From Lingula anatina (taxonomy: Eukaryota; Animalia; Brachiopoda): a stretch of DNA of 64,000 bases. Position 1 is the stretch's first letter; every line of letters starts with the position of its first letter. Below, in pieces: positions 59,896 to 64,000 of the stretch. Position numbers and translations under genes: made by a program. The stretch spans positions 20,102,567 through 20,166,566 of the forward strand of contig CM120649.1 of assembly GCA_051362555.1 (NCBI GenBank). The letters run 5' to 3'. Under the pieces are notes generated by a model, which worked only from the letters and a program-made list of their open reading frames with translations, searched no databases and was not told the DNA's origin.

Positions 59896-62800
59896 TTCTA
59901 CGGTATTGGATTTTTAACGTTTAACTGCTATAAATCGGTCAGATGCTTTAATATTTTTTAATATGAAAATTTTATAATGCTGAGTACCTTTGCAAAACAA
60001 ACTCCCTATGCGATATCAATACATATTAAAATATGCACGATGGGTGGCTATGAAAGTTGCATGGCAAGTCGGTTGGAAAACTATTGTGGATGTGTAATAT
60101 ATGTACGGTATAAAGTGCGTATAGAAAGGCACTATTTAACGCATAATTCTGACAAAATCATGAACTTTTAATATTACCGTTTTAATAATTGGGTTTCCAA
60201 CGTCCAACATTTTGTCTTGACAGTTGTAGCTAATGGAGCAGTGAAACGGCTTCATAAAGTCAAAAGTCACTTCCACGTGTCTTCTCACTGTCTGGCCCTG
60301 GAAGTAACGGCGGTCAGCTGAAGACAGAGGGCCGCTATGGGCCGCAGGGGGTTGTATATCAACGTAACCGCCGTTTCTTGCAAAAACTGTCAGACTAACC
60401 CTGAGGTAAACAATGTCAATATTTAGCTGTTGAATGAAGAAGAAATTACTTTAATTTTATAACATAACGCAGCTGATAAAATTCTTCCCCAAAGTTACTA
60501 TACGAGTCGATACATTCACGTCCGCCATGAACGCTAATTCTCCGAGACTTAAGGACAAAAACGGTTTTGTGTCTTTTGCCCAAAACATCTCCCAAATGCT
60601 GTCTTACTTTCTGATATAGGTAGTTAATAAAGTGTTAGGTGTTCACTTACACATCTCCCTCCATAAACTCCCAGATGACATAAGTAGAACCATAGCAGTT
60701 CAAATATTGCATAGGGTTGTCCGGACTTGGCTGGATCCGACAACTTATATTTGCTTTTAGCTGTTCTGTGTGTCCTGAAATGTAGACGGCTGTTTGATAT
60801 AAATGATGTTAATCTTAAGTGTCTCTCATAAGTATTTTTATTTTAATATAACAACATATTCACGCAGGGGCAATACTATCAGTGAACTATTGTAATTGTC
60901 ACGGTAATTATATGGAAGGTGAATGGCGCGTCCATCCGTATTTCAGCTGATAGAAAAGCTTGTCACCGAGATTATTCTTTTACTAAAGTCCTGCTTAGAA
61001 ATTAACAACCTGCGAATTTTCAATTATGTCATCGCTAAAACTAAAGCCATGCTTAGAAGAGCCTCACCTCTCATAATAGAAAAAGTCGCACCGGCATCAA
61101 CAATCCCAACAGCTACAGACGGTATGTAGGCATGCCCGGGCGGGAGGGCAGGACGGGACGCTAGGGTCACGTTTATACGGATTTCCTGAGCTTTCCGCAG
61201 GCCACTATAACCTAAAACAGTGCCCTGTGTCATGTCAGTTAATTCCACGTCTAATGCATCACGTCCGTACACCACGGCTACTTCACCCGTCACAACTGTA
61301 GGGGGATCTGTAACTGAAACAATACAGGCGGTAATACAAGACATCTTGAATATTATCTTTTTATCCCCATTCTTGTAATAAAAGTTGAAAACTAATCCTC
61401 GAATACATTTGATGACGGAGACAGATAAAGTAAATTTCATTTCAGAAAAGAGAAGTATTATTGAGAGATCAGATAGGAGAACACCAAAATCCGGAAAGGT
61501 AACTTATGAATGTGACAATAAAAATTGTGTGCACGTGTGCAACATGTGCTTAAAAACCTGGTAACTTTTCTTCGGCAAAATTATAAACACAAGTTTTGTT
61601 GCATGTTTGCGTTTTGATCAGATATTAAAAAGTGTGGGTTCAAACATATTAAAAAGATAACAACTCGTCATATGACATGCATATTTCACAATAAATACAT
61701 TGTAAACAAAGAAAGAACATGTTCAGAAAAATGTGTGATAGTTGTCAAGTATTTTGAAAACACAGCGGAAACTTGTGACTGTGTTTTATTAAAAACGTAT
61801 ATATTGCATTTATCATACTGTCTGCTATGCTATTGGCTGTTTGTCAAGTCGTATTAAAAAAGCATCCTATGTCTCACAGTGAACCTCATATGATAACGAG
61901 ATAACGGGTGTGGGAAAAACAAACAGCGTGTTGTCGCTATGTGCCAATGATAACAAGTGTAACAGGAGGACGGTTATTGCACAACCAGTGTTTGTGTGCA
62001 TTCTCTTATTAATGACAAAGGACTCTGTGGACTTAGGCAACCATCACAGTTCGTAGCAAGTTTGGCATCCAAATGTATGCAAAGCCAGCGGGTCATGACA
62101 ACCAACAAATTACCAATAACCCCCAAACCAAATGTCTAGTCCATCCCATCGGACATACTAGTAACGTGCACGTGTTCGGACAACGCCCATCAATGATTTC
62201 TACCCCCAACTGTGGTACTTACCTATACATGACTTTTGGGCCACTTGGAACCCGGCCATGCACTCGCATCTGAAGCTTCCAGCTGTGTTCACACATTTAT
62301 ATTCACAGCCTCCGCCATTGGTCCTGCATTCGTCAATATCGACAGCCTCTGGAATGAATTCGAACAACAAAGGAGCAAATCAGGCACCAATTAATTCAAA
62401 AGCATTATCTTATATGAAGACTGTATTTCTACCAGATGGGCGTAGTATTTAAAGATCCAATATTGCCTACTAAACCGTTCTGTGCTCGGAAGTCCCATTG
62501 CCCACTCACCGTACTGTGCTCGGAAGTCCCATTGCCCACTCACCGTACTGTGCTCGGAAGTCCCATTGCCCACTCACCGTACTGTGCTCGGAAGTCCCAT
62601 TGCCCACTCACCGTACTGTGCTCGGAAGTCCCATTGCCCACTCACCGTACTGTGCTCGGAAGTCCCATTGCCCACTCACCGTACTGTGCTCAGAAGTCCC
62701 ATTGCCCACTCACCGTACTGTGCTCGGAAGTCCCATTGCCCACTCACCGTACTGTGCTCAGAAGTCCCATTGCCCACTCACCGTACTGTGCTCAGAAGTC

Positions 62801-63152
62801 CCATTGCCCACTCACCGTACTTAGCTCGGAATCCGTAATAGCGTTCATGACCATCTGATGTGAAGTGGAAGGTTAAAAAGCGTCCAGCCGAGTTGATCGG
62901 ATTAACCGGTCTGCCCCAGTGGCTGTTTTTTAACGTCCCCCTCAGCTTGCTGGTGCCATTGCTCTCATAGACATGGAGATAATCGCCAGCAGCTAAAGTC
63001 AAGACTGTAGTAAACGTCACCTTGATGGTGTAACCGTCTGGTACTACTATGTACCAGTAACAATCCTCGTTGTCCTGGTAGTAGGTGTTTTCACGAGCGG
63101 CAGCGAAGGTTCCAGACAGGTTGTCAAGGAGATACTTGCCATTATTGCATGT
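57466..63152 (-). CDS. Large extracellular protein: CUB domain, calcium-binding EGF and unassigned beta-rich domains (3' part; 5' end beyond the window)
   Basis: CUB exon ~62816-63152 (YQDNEDCYWYIVVPDGYTIKVTF...DYLHVY...LTFHFTSDG...GFRAKY). EGF-Ca exon ~62223-62349 (DIDECRTNGGGCEYKCVNTAGSFRCEC). Further exons at ~61068-61315, ~60178-60401, ~59340-59844, ~58888-59165, ~58278-58381 and ~57810-57983. The 3' end is uncertain. Confidence 0.7.
62462..62833 (-). repeat. 34-bp x10 array spanning the CUB-exon donor
   Basis: Unit TTCCGAGCACAGTACG|GTGAGTGGGCAATGGGAC; donors from 62815 down to 62509. Confidence 0.93.
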
Positions 63153-63238
63153 CTGAGCAAAAAGGAAACGGCCATTTAACTTTTATGACGTTCACTGTTC
63201 CATATATTTCATTAACAAAGCAAATGTTTTGCCAAAGA

Positions 63239-64000
63239 ACTCTCCCTCAAACACGCACTATACTCTCCCTCAAACACGCGGTATACTCTCCCTCAAACAC
63301 GCGGTATACTCTCCCTCAAACACGCACTTTACTCTTCCTCAAACACGCACTTTACTCTCCCTCAAACACGCACTATACTCTCCCTCAAACACGCACTTTA
63401 CTCTCCCTCAAACACGCACTTTACTCTCCCTCAAACACGCGGTACACTCTCCCTCAAACACGCACTATACTCTCCCTCAAACACGCACTTTACTCTCCCT
63501 CAAACACGCACTATACTCTCCCTCAAACACGCACTTTACTCTCCCTCAAACACGCACTTTACTCTCCCTCAAACACGCGGTATACTCTCCCTCAAACACG
63601 CACTATACTCTCCCTCAAACACGCACTTTACTCTCCCTCAAACACGCACTTTACTCTCCCTCAAACACGCGGTATACTCTCCCTCAAACACGCACTTTAC
63701 TCTCCCTCAAACACGCGGTATACTCTCCCTCAAACACGCGGTACACTCTCCCTCAAACACGCACTATACTCTCCCTCAAACACGCGGTATACTCTCCCTC
63801 AAACACGCGGTATACTCTCCCTCAAGCACGCGGTACACTCTCCCTCAAACACGCACTATACTCTCCCTCAAACACGCGGTATACTCTCCCTCAAACACGC
63901 GGTATACTCTCCCTCAAGCACGCGGTATACTCTCCCTCAAACACGCACTATACTCTCCCTCAAACACGCACTTTACTCTCCCTCAAACACGCACTATACT
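63239..64000. repeat. 23-bp minisatellite, >=33 copies, truncated by the window end
   Basis: Unit tactctccctcaaacacgc(acta/actt/ggta). Confidence 0.95.

Noticed and set aside
1810-64000. CRISPR-like appearance of regularly spaced 23-51-bp repeats
   Set aside because: There are no unique spacers and no cas genes. The units are head-to-tail in a spliced eukaryotic context.

Overview
AT-rich, intron-dense genomic DNA from a metazoan invertebrate; the gene and repeat content suggests a lophotrochozoan or mollusc (inference). Nine spliced genes could be reconstructed by hand: U2SURP (5' part, -), INTS9 (+), two tandem ependymin-related genes (+), a Lys-rich RNI-type LRR gene (-), SELENOT with an in-frame UGA and a SECIS (+), two tandem indoleamine 2,3-dioxygenase paralogues (-; one has lost the GTGG motif), and the 3' part of a CUB/EGF multidomain gene (-). 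There are also MITEs and a Tc1-derived foldback element. The standout signal is about 17 tandem duplications or arrays centred exactly on coding boundaries: 12 splice donors, 4 acceptors and 1 stop codon, across 7 genes. Units are about 34-120 bp with 2-35 copies. Each unit carries an exon end plus its splice site, so introns are filled with decoy splice sites. Most decoys would give a stop or frameshift if used. One array (LRR gene) is in frame and stop-free, one intron is built entirely from a donor array plus an acceptor array, and copy differences are biased to synonymous positions. All coordinates were read by eye and may be off by a few nt.
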